In this document: positions 39,937 through 50,032 of the stretch, in pieces
Layout of the letters: the number at the start of each line of letters is the position of its first letter
Position numbering within the stretch: position 1 is the first letter of the stretch
Assembly: GCA_963785725.1 (NCBI GenBank)
Contig: CAWAWS010000004.1
Location: 32,001 to 96,000, forward strand
Length of the DNA: 64,000 nucleotides
From: an uncultured delta proteobacterium
GTDB taxonomy: Bacteria > Myxococcota_A > Polyangia > Palsa-1104
Reading direction: 5' to 3'
Position numbers and translations under genes: made by a program
Notes under the pieces: model-generated
Told to the model about the DNA's origin: nothing
The model's database searches: none
The model's input: only the letters and a program-made list of their open reading frames with translations

Positions 39937-40262
39937 ACGCAACTTCTTGGGCGCAAGGGCGATAAGTGGGGAGGGCGGTCGGGGGAAATTCCGCCGGAGT
40001 CGAGCGGGAGCCCACCATCCTCCGGAATCGATCGTCGCGAGTCGAACGCAAGACGACGCCTAGCAACTTCTCGCGGCGTGCGCCGATAAGTGGGGAGGGC
40101 GGTCGGGGGAAATTACGCCGAGCCCACCATCCTCCGGAATCGATCGTCGCGAGCCGAACGCAAGACGACGCCTAGCAACTTCTCGCGGCGTGCGCCGATA
40201 AGTGGGGAGGGCGGTCGGGGGAAATTACGCCGAGCCCACCATCCTCCGGAATCGATCGTCGC
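39937..40262 (+). repeat. Three tandem copies of the dispersed hairpin repeat
   Basis: GATAAGTGGGGAGGGCGGTCGGGGGAAATT at 39961, 40085 and 40197, each ending GAGCCCACCATCCTCCGGAATCGATCGTCGC. Confidence 0.92.
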
Positions 40263-40320
40263 ACTCCCACCGAACCCACTCGCCCGCGCCGCTCTGCTCA
40301 CCGCCGCGCCGAACCCCGCC

Positions 40321-43300
40321 TCAGAACCTCACGGTCCAATACAAATTCACCCGTCCCACCGCCGCGTCCCCGAACGCCGTCTCCAGCTCATAGCGCTTCT
40401 TGAACCGCCACTCCAAATCCGCCTCATTCGAATTCAACCGCTGCGTCCCAATCGTCGTCGACCCAAACTGGTGCACATAGCTGACGTAAATCGTATCCGT
40501 AATGTACTTGCCGACCTCGATCCGCGTATCGCCGAGCCCGCTCGAGTCGCTGCTGTTCGACCCACCGGTATCGACTTTGATGACGTCGATCGGCAGGTTC
40601 GGCGCGATCTGATCCTTGATCTTCCCCACGACGAGCCCACTGATCGCGCCCGTCGCCTTCTGGTCGAGCGAGCGATCATCGGTCCGCTGCTGCGCCGGAT
40701 CGCCCGACAAAATCGCGCCGATGATCTCCGACTGATCATAAATCGGCGGATCGCACGACAACACGAGCTGCGGCTTCTTCGCCGTGCCGTGCACCTCGAT
40801 GACCAAGATCGTCTCCGACAACTCCCGCGTCAGTCGAATATCGAGCTGCGGATTCGGATCGACCTCACCCGCCAGCACGATCTCCAGCTTCTCGATGTTG
40901 TAACGCCGACTGAGCAGCTCGATCCAGCCGGCATTGGCCTCGACGCGGCCGCGCACGCGCACCGTCGCGCCCGCGATGTCGACGCCCAGCTCACCCTTCA
41001 AATCGGTCGACAACTCCTTGCCGCGAATATGAAACGGCCCCGGAATCTTCGCCGACAGCGCCACGGTCGGCGCCTCGTCCGCCTCCTTCTTGTCTTTCGC
41101 CGCCTGCCGCAGCGCCGCCGGATCCGTAAACTTCACGTCCGGCAGCGGCCCCGTCGACTGCAAGCTGCGCCCGGCGACGTCCGCCAGCGCCGGCAGCCGC
41201 GCCGTGCCCTTCTCGATCGTGATCGTCCCCGACATGCCGTCGGGGCTGCGCGATCCCTGCGCGTGCACGTCGGCGTCGAGGAACGTGCCGACATTGCCGG
41301 GCGCGATCGGAAATTTCCGCGCGTAGGCCCGCAAATCCATCGACTGCGGCTTCAGTCCCGCGAGCACGACCCAGCCGTTCGCCTTGACGCTGCCGTCGCC
41401 GAGCTTGGCCTCCGCGTCCTTCAGCGTCACGCGACCGGGCGCGATCTCGACGTCGACTTTGACGTTCGTATACAGCCGCGGATCGTCCGCCAGCGCCAAC
41501 TGCCCATTATCGAAGCGCACGAATCCCGTTATATTCGGCGCGCTGCGCGGCCCTTTGGCGTCGATCTGCGCCGACAGCGTGCCTTTGACGAGCCGCGGAT
41601 TCGTCAGATTCGCGTTCGACAGATCGATATAGAAATCCTTGGCGCGCACGGTCGCCGCGATCGGCTGCGACGCCGCCGCCGGCAAGGTCGCGTCGACCGT
41701 CAAGTTGCCGCCTTTGACCTCGTGCGCGTCGATCTTCGCCACGGCCTGCGCGTCGTCGTAGACCACATGCGCCGCAAACTTGTCGTACTGCATCGTCCCC
41801 AAGGTCAGCTGCGCGATATCCGCGTCCACTTTGCCGGTCGGCTTGGCGATCGTCCCGCGCACCGTCACCGCCGCCGTCAACTTGCCCGCCAATTGCGGCA
41901 CCAAATCCTTGACGGTCGCCAAATCGAAGCCGGGAATCTGCCCGTCGACGACGATCGGCGTCGCCGTGATCGGCTGATGATTCAACAGCCGCTCGACGTC
42001 GATCGGCGCCTCGCCTTTGAGCTGCACGATCGGCGATCCGCGCAACGACGCCGTCAGTTGCAGCGTCGCCTTGGCCTTCGCGTAGCCGCCGTTCAGCGCG
42101 AATTCGAGCTTGTCCGCTCTGCCCGCCGCCAGCTGATGCCCTTCGAGATCGAACGCCACCAGCGGCTGCTTCAGCGTGCCCGTCAGCTGCAGCGATCCAT
42201 CGAGCTCGCCTTTGCTGAACGGCGGCGTCATCCCCAACGCCTCGAACGGAAAGCGCGCCATATCCAGCTTCGCCAGCTTCACCTTCGCCGTCAGCGGCGT
42301 GTGCGCCTCGAGCTGCTGCCGCAGCGCCGCCGGCTTCATCCCCAACGTCAATGCAATCGGCACCGCCACTTCCGCCGTCAGCTGCCCGGCATTTCGCCCC
42401 AGCGCCGCCTGCATCAACGTCGCCGCGAGCTTGGCCGTGAGCGCGCGATTCTTGTAGGCAATCGCCAGCTGCAGATCGTCGTTCGGCGACTCCTGCCCGA
42501 GATTGACCGAGCGTCCGTGCACGTCGAGCGTCAGCTCCGGCCGATCGGTCGTCCCGCGCGCTTTGATGGACGCGTCCAGCTTTCCGTCGAGCTCCGCCAT
42601 CGCCACCGGCAACAGCGGCTTGAGCTGCGCCAACGCCACATCCTTGACGTCGAGGTCGAGCGACAATGGCCGACTGCCCGTCATCACCGCCGGCACATCG
42701 AGCGTCGCCTTCAGTGACTGACTGCCGGCATGGACCGCCAGGTCGCCTTTGGCGCGATCGTCGGCGTAACGCACGTTCACTTTGGCGTCGATGCGCGGCA
42801 TACCCAGCTGATCGGCGCGTTCGCTGTAGCCGCTGAGCGCGATGGTCGCCACCGGCTGCGCGCTCGTCCCGCTCGCGTCGATATCGACGTTGAGGTTCGT
42901 CTTCGGCACCTTCGCCGCTCGATTCGCCGGCTGCGCCAGCTGCGCCAGCTGATGCAGGTCGAGCGCGCGCGCGTTCACTTTGGCGGCCAGCGCGCCGCCG
43001 TCGAGCTGATAACGCGCCGAGAGGCTCAGCGTTTGCGCGCCCGACGCCAGCGCCAGGCCGTCGATGACGACTCCGCCGTGCACGCGCACCGTCGCCGCTT
43101 TCGTCGTCGCCCATTTCTGCTGCTGCCGCGTCACCGCCAATTGGTCGAGCGTCAAATCCGCGCCCGTCACCGCGTTGCCGCCGTTGCGCCGCACGACCGT
43201 CGGCGTGCCATGCGCCTGCAAGCTGATCCACGCCTCGTCCGGCCCATGCGCCGCCAGCGCGAGCTTGACCGCCTTCGTCGTGCCGCTCGCGTCCACGTTC

Positions 43301-44670
43301 AGCGAATCCAGCATCACGCCCGCCGCTTTGACGCCCACCGCCGCCACATGCGCGTCGCCGATGAAGTCCTGCTCGTGCACCTGCACGACGAGCCGCCCGA
43401 CGTAATTGCCGGCGAACGCCAGCTTCGTGCCGGTGGCGTCGACGTTGGCGCCGATGCGCGGGCCCGACTTCGTGACGTTGGCCTTGGCGTGCAAGCTGCC
43501 CGCGATGCCCGTCAGGCCGAGCGCGCGCAGCTGCGACAGATCTTTGGCCGCGATATCGGCGGCGATCTGCCCGTTGCCGGCGAGCGTAAAGTGGCCGCTG
43601 GCGTTGACGTGCGCGCCCGCGACCGCCGCCACCAAGCGCTTCAGATCGATGTTGCCGTGCGTGCCTTTGCCTCCGCCGCTGGCGTCGAGCTGCACGTCAC
43701 CGCGCGGCGTGCCGACGACGGCCGCCACCGGGTCGATGCCGCGCGCCGCGACCGTCGCCTTCCACGTCAGCCGATCGAGATCGAAGCTCTCGCCGCCCGT
43801 GGCCAGCTGCGCGTCGACGTCGAGCGTGCCCGCCGGCGGCTTGGCGTGCACGACGATCGCGAGCTTCTCTGCCGGCCCATCGGCGTCGAGCTCGACCTGC
43901 CACTTGCCGCGCAACTTCACGTTCGGCGCCAGCTTACGCAGCTGCGCGCCGTCGGCATCGAGCAGCAGCTTCAGATCGTCCGCGGAAATGGCGCCGCCCT
44001 CGAGCTTCACGCCGCCCTTGACGTAGACCTGCGCCACGAGCGGCCGCGCCGTCTGCAGCGTCAACGTCTGCAGCGTGGCCGCGATCTTCCCGCCGTCGAT
44101 GCGCGCGTGCCCTTCGATATGCGCTTGCGCCGCGATATGGTCATAGGGCGCCTGCACGTTCGGCGCGTCATAGCGAGCGTCGATATCGGCCCACACGTGG
44201 CCGATCGCGATGACATAGGGCTTGGCATTCGGATCGGGCGGCGGCTCCGGCGTCGTCGACGGCTTGGCGATCGTCGCCACATTCAAGCGGCCGTCGCGCA
44301 ATGGGCGTAGCTGCACCCAACCGTGCTCCGCTTTGACCTCGGTCAGATCGATCGTGTGATGCGTAAGTCCTAATAAGTCGTAATGAACCGTCAACGCTGC
44401 CAGCTTCACGACCGGCTGATGCTCGATATCGTCGACCTCGACGTCATATAGCGTCAGCCCATGCGTGATATCGCCGCCGATATGACCAATCTTCAAATGA
44501 CCTGCGAGCTGATTCTGAATCTGCGGCAATGCAATCGAGAGGATCTTGCGATGTCCCCAATCGGTGCGCCCGACGACGATCACCGTCAACAGCACGGACA
44601 CGACCAAGAGAACAATCGATAGTAACGTCCAGCCAATGATCTTCGCGGTTATGCGCGCGGCTCGCCCCAT
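40321..44670 (-). CDS. tamB: TamB/AsmA-like translocation and assembly module protein
   Basis: N-terminal TM, long beta-rich body, C-terminal DUF490-like NPQLDI..IEVGKYI. Confidence 0.85.
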   Translation of the reverse strand: MGRAARITAKIIGWTLLSIVLLVVSVLLTVIVVGRTDWGHRKILSIALPQIQNQLAGHLKIGHIGGDITHGLTLYDVEVDDIEHQPVVKLAALTVHYDLLGLTHHTIDLTEVKAEHGWVQLRPLRDGRLNVATIAKPSTTPEPPPDPNAKPYVIAIGHVWADIDARYDAPNVQAPYDHIAAQAHIEGHARIDGGKIAATLQTLTLQTARPLVAQVYVKGGVKLEGGAISADDLKLLLDADGAQLRKLAPNVKLRGKWQVELDADGPAEKLAIVVHAKPPAGTLDVDAQLATGGESFDLDRLTWKATVAARGIDPVAAVVGTPRGDVQLDASGGGKGTHGNIDLKRLVAAVAGAHVNASGHFTLAGNGQIAADIAAKDLSQLRALGLTGIAGSLHAKANVTKSGPRIGANVDATGTKLAFAGNYVGRLVVQVHEQDFIGDAHVAAVGVKAAGVMLDSLNVDASGTTKAVKLALAAHGPDEAWISLQAHGTPTVVRRNGGNAVTGADLTLDQLAVTRQQQKWATTKAATVRVHGGVVIDGLALASGAQTLSLSARYQLDGGALAAKVNARALDLHQLAQLAQPANRAAKVPKTNLNVDIDASGTSAQPVATIALSGYSERADQLGMPRIDAKVNVRYADDRAKGDLAVHAGSQSLKATLDVPAVMTGSRPLSLDLDVKDVALAQLKPLLPVAMAELDGKLDASIKARGTTDRPELTLDVHGRSVNLGQESPNDDLQLAIAYKNRALTAKLAATLMQAALGRNAGQLTAEVAVPIALTLGMKPAALRQQLEAHTPLTAKVKLAKLDMARFPFEALGMTPPFSKGELDGSLQLTGTLKQPLVAFDLEGHQLAAGRADKLEFALNGGYAKAKATLQLTASLRGSPIVQLKGEAPIDVERLLNHQPITATPIVVDGQIPGFDLATVKDLVPQLAGKLTAAVTVRGTIAKPTGKVDADIAQLTLGTMQYDKFAAHVVYDDAQAVAKIDAHEVKGGNLTVDATLPAAASQPIAATVRAKDFYIDLSNANLTNPRLVKGTLSAQIDAKGPRSAPNITGFVRFDNGQLALADDPRLYTNVKVDVEIAPGRVTLKDAEAKLGDGSVKANGWVVLAGLKPQSMDLRAYARKFPIAPGNVGTFLDADVHAQGSRSPDGMSGTITIEKGTARLPALADVAGRSLQSTGPLPDVKFTDPAALRQAAKDKKEADEAPTVALSAKIPGPFHIRGKELSTDLKGELGVDIAGATVRVRGRVEANAGWIELLSRRYNIEKLEIVLAGEVDPNPQLDIRLTRELSETILVIEVHGTAKKPQLVLSCDPPIYDQSEIIGAILSGDPAQQRTDDRSLDQKATGAISGLVVGKIKDQIAPNLPIDVIKVDTGGSNSSDSSGLGDTRIEVGKYITDTIYVSYVHQFGSTTIGTQRLNSNEADLEWRFKKRYELETAFGDAAVGRVNLYWTVRF

Positions 44671-46718
44671 CAAAAGCTCTCTCCAATGGAGATATGGAAT
44701 GCGACACGCGAGCCAGGATCGGGATTGGGTCGACCGTCACTCTCACACGGCGTCGTGCGATTGACGCGCACGCCGATATCGGCGCGAATCGTGCCAATGA
44801 TCGTGTGATATCGCAGCCCGCCACCGACGGCGACGTGGGGATTGGTCAGATCGACCGTCGTCGAAAGCTTGGGCGTCTGTCCGTTTTGGCAGATGCCACC
44901 GGGATCATAAGACTTCGGCGATAAGACCGTGATCAGGCTGGCGCCTTGTGTCGACGGCGCGGCGACGTCGCCGGCGTCGGCGAACGCGGTAAAGCCGAGC
45001 CAGTTATTGAACAGTCGATAGACGTCGACGCGCAGCTCGGCGGAGAACAACACGAATTGATCGCCGCCAATGGGTAACGTCGGCGCGCCGGCATAACCGA
45101 GCGGCACTTGAATCGACATGCGATCGTAATTGAAACCGCGATGTGAATTGGGACCGCCGAGATAAAAGCGCCGCGTAATCGGCGAGCCGTCATTGCCCTG
45201 CTCGAACATTTGTCCGAATTCGCCGCGTGCCGCGAGCGTCACGCGCTTACCGAGCGGCGCATAGAGTCGCAACTCCGGCTGCACCTTTTCATACGTAAAT
45301 GCGCCGCCGGCGTAGGTCCCGCCTTCTTCGATCAGGGTCGCGAAGTAGCCGCCCCAATGCGGATCTTGTGGCTTATTACGCAGATCGATCGTGATGTCCT
45401 CTTGCCACCACGCGACGCGATAAGGATTCGTATAGCCGTACAATTGCGCGGCCGCGTGCGGATCTTCGGTCAGCGCCGGAACGGTATTGAAGAACAACAG
45501 GTAATTGAAGTTGTAGCTCAGCGCCAACGTGATTCGGTTATGCCATAAGGGTCGAATGATACCGATACTCGTTCGCGGGCCGTGATATTGGTAACCGTAA
45601 TCGATACCGACGTCGTATCCGACCGTCCATTTGAGCTCGAAGTTGCGTAAGACGAAGTCGGGCTGGCTGAACGTCGCGTTCGCGCGCAGCGACGGGCCGT
45701 TCGTCGGGCCATTTTGCGGCGCGCCGATCGACGCCTGATTGACCAGCAAGACCCAGCCGGGCTCGAGGCGCAGCTTGAGCGTGCGCAGGCCGCCCAAGAA
45801 GCTGTGCTTGGTATATTCGGCCGAGAAATGGGCGTCGTAACGCGTCGATTCGAAATCGAAACCGACGCCGAGTCGCAGCTCGCGGAACTTGCCTTCGTGC
45901 ACGGTGATGACGACGTCGGCGACTTCGGGATGCTCGGCGTCGTGGTCGTACTCGACCTTGACCGAGCCGAACGCGCCGGTGTTGTAGATGCGACCGCGCG
46001 CGTCTTCGAGTAGATCGGGCGAGAACTTGGCGCCTTTGTCGATCTGCGCGCGCGCCAAGATGAGCCGCGGATCGATCGTGTCGTAGCCGCGCACGTAGAC
46101 CGAGCCCATCGTCGCGCGCGGGCCGGCCGAGACGTTGAAGATGACGTCGGCCGTGCGTTTGTCGCGATTGACGTCGACCTCGCCGGTGACCGTTCCCCAG
46201 GCGAAGCCAATGCGCTGCAGCCGCGTCTCGCCGATGGCTTTGCGCTCGAGGTAGCGGTCGTGCACGAAGACGCTGCCGTGACGAAACGGCTTCTCGAGCA
46301 TTTTCTGCAGCGCCGCGCCCTCTTTTTCGCTTAGCGGCTCGAGGCCGTGCACGACCACTTTGTCGATGACCGTCGGCGGCCCTTCGTCGACGACGAGCTT
46401 GACGTCGACCGACTTGCCGTCTTTGCCGCGCGGCGTGACCGTCGCCTCGGTGACGTGCGCGAAGAAGTAGCCGTGCGCCGCGTAATAAGCCTCGACGCGC
46501 TTGCGATCGATGTCGACGGTAAATGGGTCGAGATAGTGCTTGGGCGACAGCGGAATCCAGCTCGTCGCCTGCAGCGCGATCTTGTCTTTGAGGTCGCCTT
46601 TGTTGACGTGCTTCACGCCGTCTATGTAAATTTTGTGCACCCAAGGACGCCCATTGGGCTTCTCCGCTGCGCACCCGACGAGGGTCAACAGTGGAAGCAA
46701 CAGTCGAACGGGGCGCAT
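44670..46718 (-). CDS. TamA/BamA (Omp85) family lipoprotein
   Basis: LVGC lipobox, POTRA-like repeats, RFYLGGPNSHRGF, HISIGESF end. Confidence 0.9.
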   Translation of the reverse strand: MRPVRLLLPLLTLVGCAAEKPNGRPWVHKIYIDGVKHVNKGDLKDKIALQATSWIPLSPKHYLDPFTVDIDRKRVEAYYAAHGYFFAHVTEATVTPRGKDGKSVDVKLVVDEGPPTVIDKVVVHGLEPLSEKEGAALQKMLEKPFRHGSVFVHDRYLERKAIGETRLQRIGFAWGTVTGEVDVNRDKRTADVIFNVSAGPRATMGSVYVRGYDTIDPRLILARAQIDKGAKFSPDLLEDARGRIYNTGAFGSVKVEYDHDAEHPEVADVVITVHEGKFRELRLGVGFDFESTRYDAHFSAEYTKHSFLGGLRTLKLRLEPGWVLLVNQASIGAPQNGPTNGPSLRANATFSQPDFVLRNFELKWTVGYDVGIDYGYQYHGPRTSIGIIRPLWHNRITLALSYNFNYLLFFNTVPALTEDPHAAAQLYGYTNPYRVAWWQEDITIDLRNKPQDPHWGGYFATLIEEGGTYAGGAFTYEKVQPELRLYAPLGKRVTLAARGEFGQMFEQGNDGSPITRRFYLGGPNSHRGFNYDRMSIQVPLGYAGAPTLPIGGDQFVLFSAELRVDVYRLFNNWLGFTAFADAGDVAAPSTQGASLITVLSPKSYDPGGICQNGQTPKLSTTVDLTNPHVAVGGGLRYHTIIGTIRADIGVRVNRTTPCESDGRPNPDPGSRVAFHISIGESF

Positions 46719-46732
46719 GGGCGCTGCGGTGG

Positions 46733-46748
46733 TGCAGGCGACGTGCCG
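46733..46748 (-). promoter_or_regulatory. Candidate sigma-54 promoter of tamAB
   Basis: CGGCACGTCGCCTGCA. Confidence 0.55.
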
Positions 46749-46852
46749 ACTGTCGCGTGGGAAAACGCTAGGTCACGGCTCGCGAATGCGACGAAAGTCG
46801 AGGTCGCGGCGATGCGGCGCGCGCCGCAAAAAGTTGCTACCCGACTGCCCCT

Positions 46853-47329
46853 TCAAATCCCAAACGGCGCCGGCAACGACCGCCGCGCATTCCGCAGCGC
46901 CTCCCGCGCCCGATCCGGATGCTCATTCTCCCACGTCTCGATGAGCCGCCACGGATCCGGCATGCGCGGCAACAACGCCGCCAGCGTCTGCGCCGCCGCG
47001 TGCCGCACGCGCCGACTCGGGTCGCACGTCAAGAGCAGCAGCAACTCCTCGACGCGGTCGGGATAAATCTGGACGAAGCTGGCCAGGTTCTTGGCCGCCT
47101 CCACGCGCACGTCGACGCGACTGTCGGTCGTCAGCCGCGCCAACAGCCGCACCGTCGCGAACGGAACCGACACGGCGAGCTGCGGAACGGCTGCGAACAG
47201 ATCGCGCAGCGACTGCGGCGCCAGCCGCGCCAGGTCGAAGGACTCGCCGAACTCCGCCGCGCACAACGCCTTGGTGATGTCGGGCGACGGGAATTCAGCT
47301 ACGTATGCGGTTGCGCGCCAAAGCGCCAT
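46853..47329 (-). CDS. HEAT-repeat-like protein
   Basis: LTTDSRVDVRVEAAKNL and LTCDPSRRVRHAAAQTL. Confidence 0.65.
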   Translation of the reverse strand: MALWRATAYVAEFPSPDITKALCAAEFGESFDLARLAPQSLRDLFAAVPQLAVSVPFATVRLLARLTTDSRVDVRVEAAKNLASFVQIYPDRVEELLLLLTCDPSRRVRHAAAQTLAALLPRMPDPWRLIETWENEHPDRAREALRNARRSLPAPFGI

Positions 47330-47341
47330 GCCTTCATCCTT

Positions 47342-47357
47342 CGCAAAGGTGAGGCCA
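47342..47357 (-). promoter_or_regulatory. Candidate sigma-54 promoter
   Basis: TGGCCTCACCTTTGCG. Confidence 0.5.
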
Positions 47358-47455
47358 AGCGGGCGAGGCGCCTTCACGTCGGTTTTCCGCGAGCCGATCG
47401 AACCGCGCTAGGCCAAAAGTGGAACTACAACGCCGTTCGCCGGCGCCGAGGAACT

Positions 47456-48993
47456 TTAGTTCCCATGCGGGCCGTGCTTCATCGGCGGGTCGTACTTGCC
47501 GTTGCCGTCGACGTCGAGGAACACCGGGTTCGTCAGCGCCAGCGGCCGCACGTCGAAGCGCTTGCGGTCCCCGACCACCGGCGCCATCGGCTCGTCGCCG
47601 TCGGCACGCACGACGACCCAGCCGTCGCGCGGCAACACCACGTCGAGCTTCTCGCTGAAGCGTCGCGGCTCGATGGACTTAGGCACCGCCCAACGCTTTG
47701 CCTCCTTGCCGTCCACGTACAAAATCACCGTCGACACCGTTATCCATGGCGCCGCGCGCACTTCGATCTCCGCCGTCGCCTTGCCGCCGCGCGCCGGCAC
47801 GGTGTCGCCGATGCCGCCGCCGTTGACCTTGAGCGCGATGAACGGCCCGGTCGTGAACTCGACGTGGTGCCCCTTGACCGAACGCGGCACCTCGTCGGCG
47901 TCGCGCAGCTTCTGCGGCGCGTCCTCCTGCACGCGCACGTAGTTGCGCGGGTAGCCGCCGATGTTGTGATCGAGGTGATGCGTGTCCGAATTGCCCGTCG
48001 CCGTCACGATGTGGCCGTGCGTCGAGCAGCGAGAACCAATCGTCGATCACGCGGTCGACCGTGCGCCGATCCGAATCTTGATAGCCGTTGAGGACTTCCA
48101 TCGCGTCGAAGTCGAACGAGAACCCCGGCCGCGTCGCCACGTCATTGCGCGCGTCGAAGCCTGCAATGTTGAAGTAGCCGATCTCGCTGTCGATGCGCGG
48201 GTGGTGCACGTCGATGACCGCGGTCGGCGCGTGCGTGCGCACGTCGCCGAAGAAGTCTTTGGGCCCGCGGCCGTGCACGAGCACGGCGCCTTGCCCGACG
48301 CGACTCCAGATCGTGCGGCAGCGGAAACGCGCCGAAGTGCCCCCAACCGTTCGTCGTCAGCTCGTCGCCGGTCAAGCTGGTCAAGTAGCGCCCGACGCCG
48401 AGCTCCTCGATGACCGGCGCATAATTGGACACGACGTTGTGATCGGTCGACGTGATGAGCTCGACGCCGTCGGCCACGAACTCGAACACGCGATCGTGCA
48501 TCGGCACGTGCGAATCCGACGAATGCGACGCGTGCACGTGAAAGTCGGCCGAGATGAACCCGGCGGTGTCGACGACGTGCTTGAGCTTGCCGCTGATGCT
48601 AGTCGTCTTGCCTGGCGTAATCTTGACCTTGCGCGAAATCGCCAGCGTCCACTCGGGTCCGCGGCTGATGTAGATGTCGTAGCTGCCCGTCGGCACGTGC
48701 ACCACGCCCGCGCCCGCAATGCTGAGCACGCGATCGTAGGCGAGCACGCTGCCGTCGCCGTCTTGGCGGCCGATGTCGTTCTTGGTGAACTGCGGATCGG
48801 GCGTGCCGTCGACGCCGACGAGCGTCAGCTTGCACGGAATGAGCGCGTTGCCGTCCACGTCGCGCACGTCGTAGGCGAGGCCGCCTTCCGACGGCAGCGA
48901 CGGCGGCGGCGGTGGCGCCGACTGCGCGCGCCGCGCGACGACGCCGATGGACACGAGCAGGATGACGAAGGCGACGGGCAAGTAGGCTTTCAC
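47456..48993 (-). CDS. Exported PHP-fold (CehA/McbA-like) metallohydrolase, two +1 frameshifts (~48300, ~48020)
   Basis: ADFHVHA, STDHN, GHFGAFP | HHPR, EVLNG | TGNSDTH, TNPVF spread over three frames. Confidence 0.8.
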
Positions 48994-49038
48994 GCGGGCA
49001 GCATATCCCACCGCCGACCGCGTCGCGAATGTCGGCCG

Positions 49039-49314
49039 TTAACCGTGCTCGTCGATGCTCCAGGCGTGCTGATTGGCGGGATGGGTCGCGTCCGCCAAAT
49101 GCGGAAAGCGCAGATAGCCCTGCAGCTCCAACGTCTCGACCAGCTCCTCGGCGAGCGACTCCGAGCAGCCCAGCTGCTCTTCCAGCGCGTCGCGCATGAG
49201 CGTCTTGCCGCGCAGGTAGCCGGCAAAAAGATGACGCCCGAGGCGACGACGCAAAGCCGCCGCGAGCAGAGCCAGGTCGAGCTGTTCGACGGAGGGTTCC
49301 ACGTTGACTGCCAT
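49039..49314 (-). CDS. Small hypothetical (winged-helix-like) protein
   Basis: GYLRGKTLMRDAL..LGCSESLAEELVETLELQGYLRF; start could be GTG at 49302. Confidence 0.7.
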   Translation of the reverse strand: MAVNVEPSVEQLDLALLAAALRRRLGRHLFAGYLRGKTLMRDALEEQLGCSESLAEELVETLELQGYLRFPHLADATHPANQHAWSIDEHG

Positions 49315-49372
49315 TGCACCGCGCGTACCACGACGCACGCGTCGCTCGCGCGCTAAGTATACAGCTGTTTAC

Positions 49373-49852
49373 TTACGCGTTCGCCAGCGCCGATGGCAAC
49401 GCCTGCCGCAGCGGCTGCACGATCTCGCCGCGCGGCCCGATGGCCCCGAGCGTGATGCCGTAGACGAGGTGCACCGGCAGCGCCAGCGCCGCCAAGCCCG
49501 GCTCGTGACCGGCGACGAAGCCGAGCCCCAGCGCCGGCGCGTACACGGCCACGGCCACGCCCCACAACGTCAAACCGAAGAAGATGCCGCTGACGACGGA
49601 GATGCGCGCCACGGCCGTCGCGTAGATCGCACCCGCGAGCGCGCCGTAGCCGAAGTGAACGACGAGCGCCAACGCCAACCACAGCGGCCGCTCGCGCAGC
49701 CACGCCGTCGAGCGCGCGCTGACCTCTTGCGCGTGCGCGCCGGCGAGCAGCGGCGCGGCCGCCATCAGCGTCGTCATGACCGCCGTCGCAATCGCGCCCG
49801 CCGCGACTCCCGACCCGATCTTGCGGCGCTGCTCGTCGGCTTCGTTTCGCAT
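49373..49852 (-). CDS. Four-TM membrane protein
   Basis: GVAAGAIATAVMT, HFGYGALAG, HLVYG. Confidence 0.75.
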   Translation of the reverse strand: MRNEADEQRRKIGSGVAAGAIATAVMTTLMAAAPLLAGAHAQEVSARSTAWLRERPLWLALALVVHFGYGALAGAIYATAVARISVVSGIFFGLTLWGVAVAVYAPALGLGFVAGHEPGLAALALPVHLVYGITLGAIGPRGEIVQPLRQALPSALANA

Positions 49853-50032
49853 GCTCGAATGCAGAGCAACTCCCATTCCACCGTCGGCGGAGGACGAGAA
49901 GGTGAAGGTTGTCGCGCGCCTGAGCATCATCGGGTGGCGAGAGGCAGGAAAAGGCCGTAGCGAGGGCAAAGTCAGCGGCGAACGCAAAGCGTGCAAGGAA
50001 AACGAGGTGCGAAAGCGGAAGTGACGCGTGTA

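Noticed and set aside
39937..40262. tRNA or protein-coding ORFs
   Set aside because: No cloverleaf or T-loop pattern; the ORFs are translations of the repeat
47456..48993. True pseudogene
   Set aside because: Metal-binding motifs are intact and the lesions match the window-wide +1 error pattern; not fully excluded
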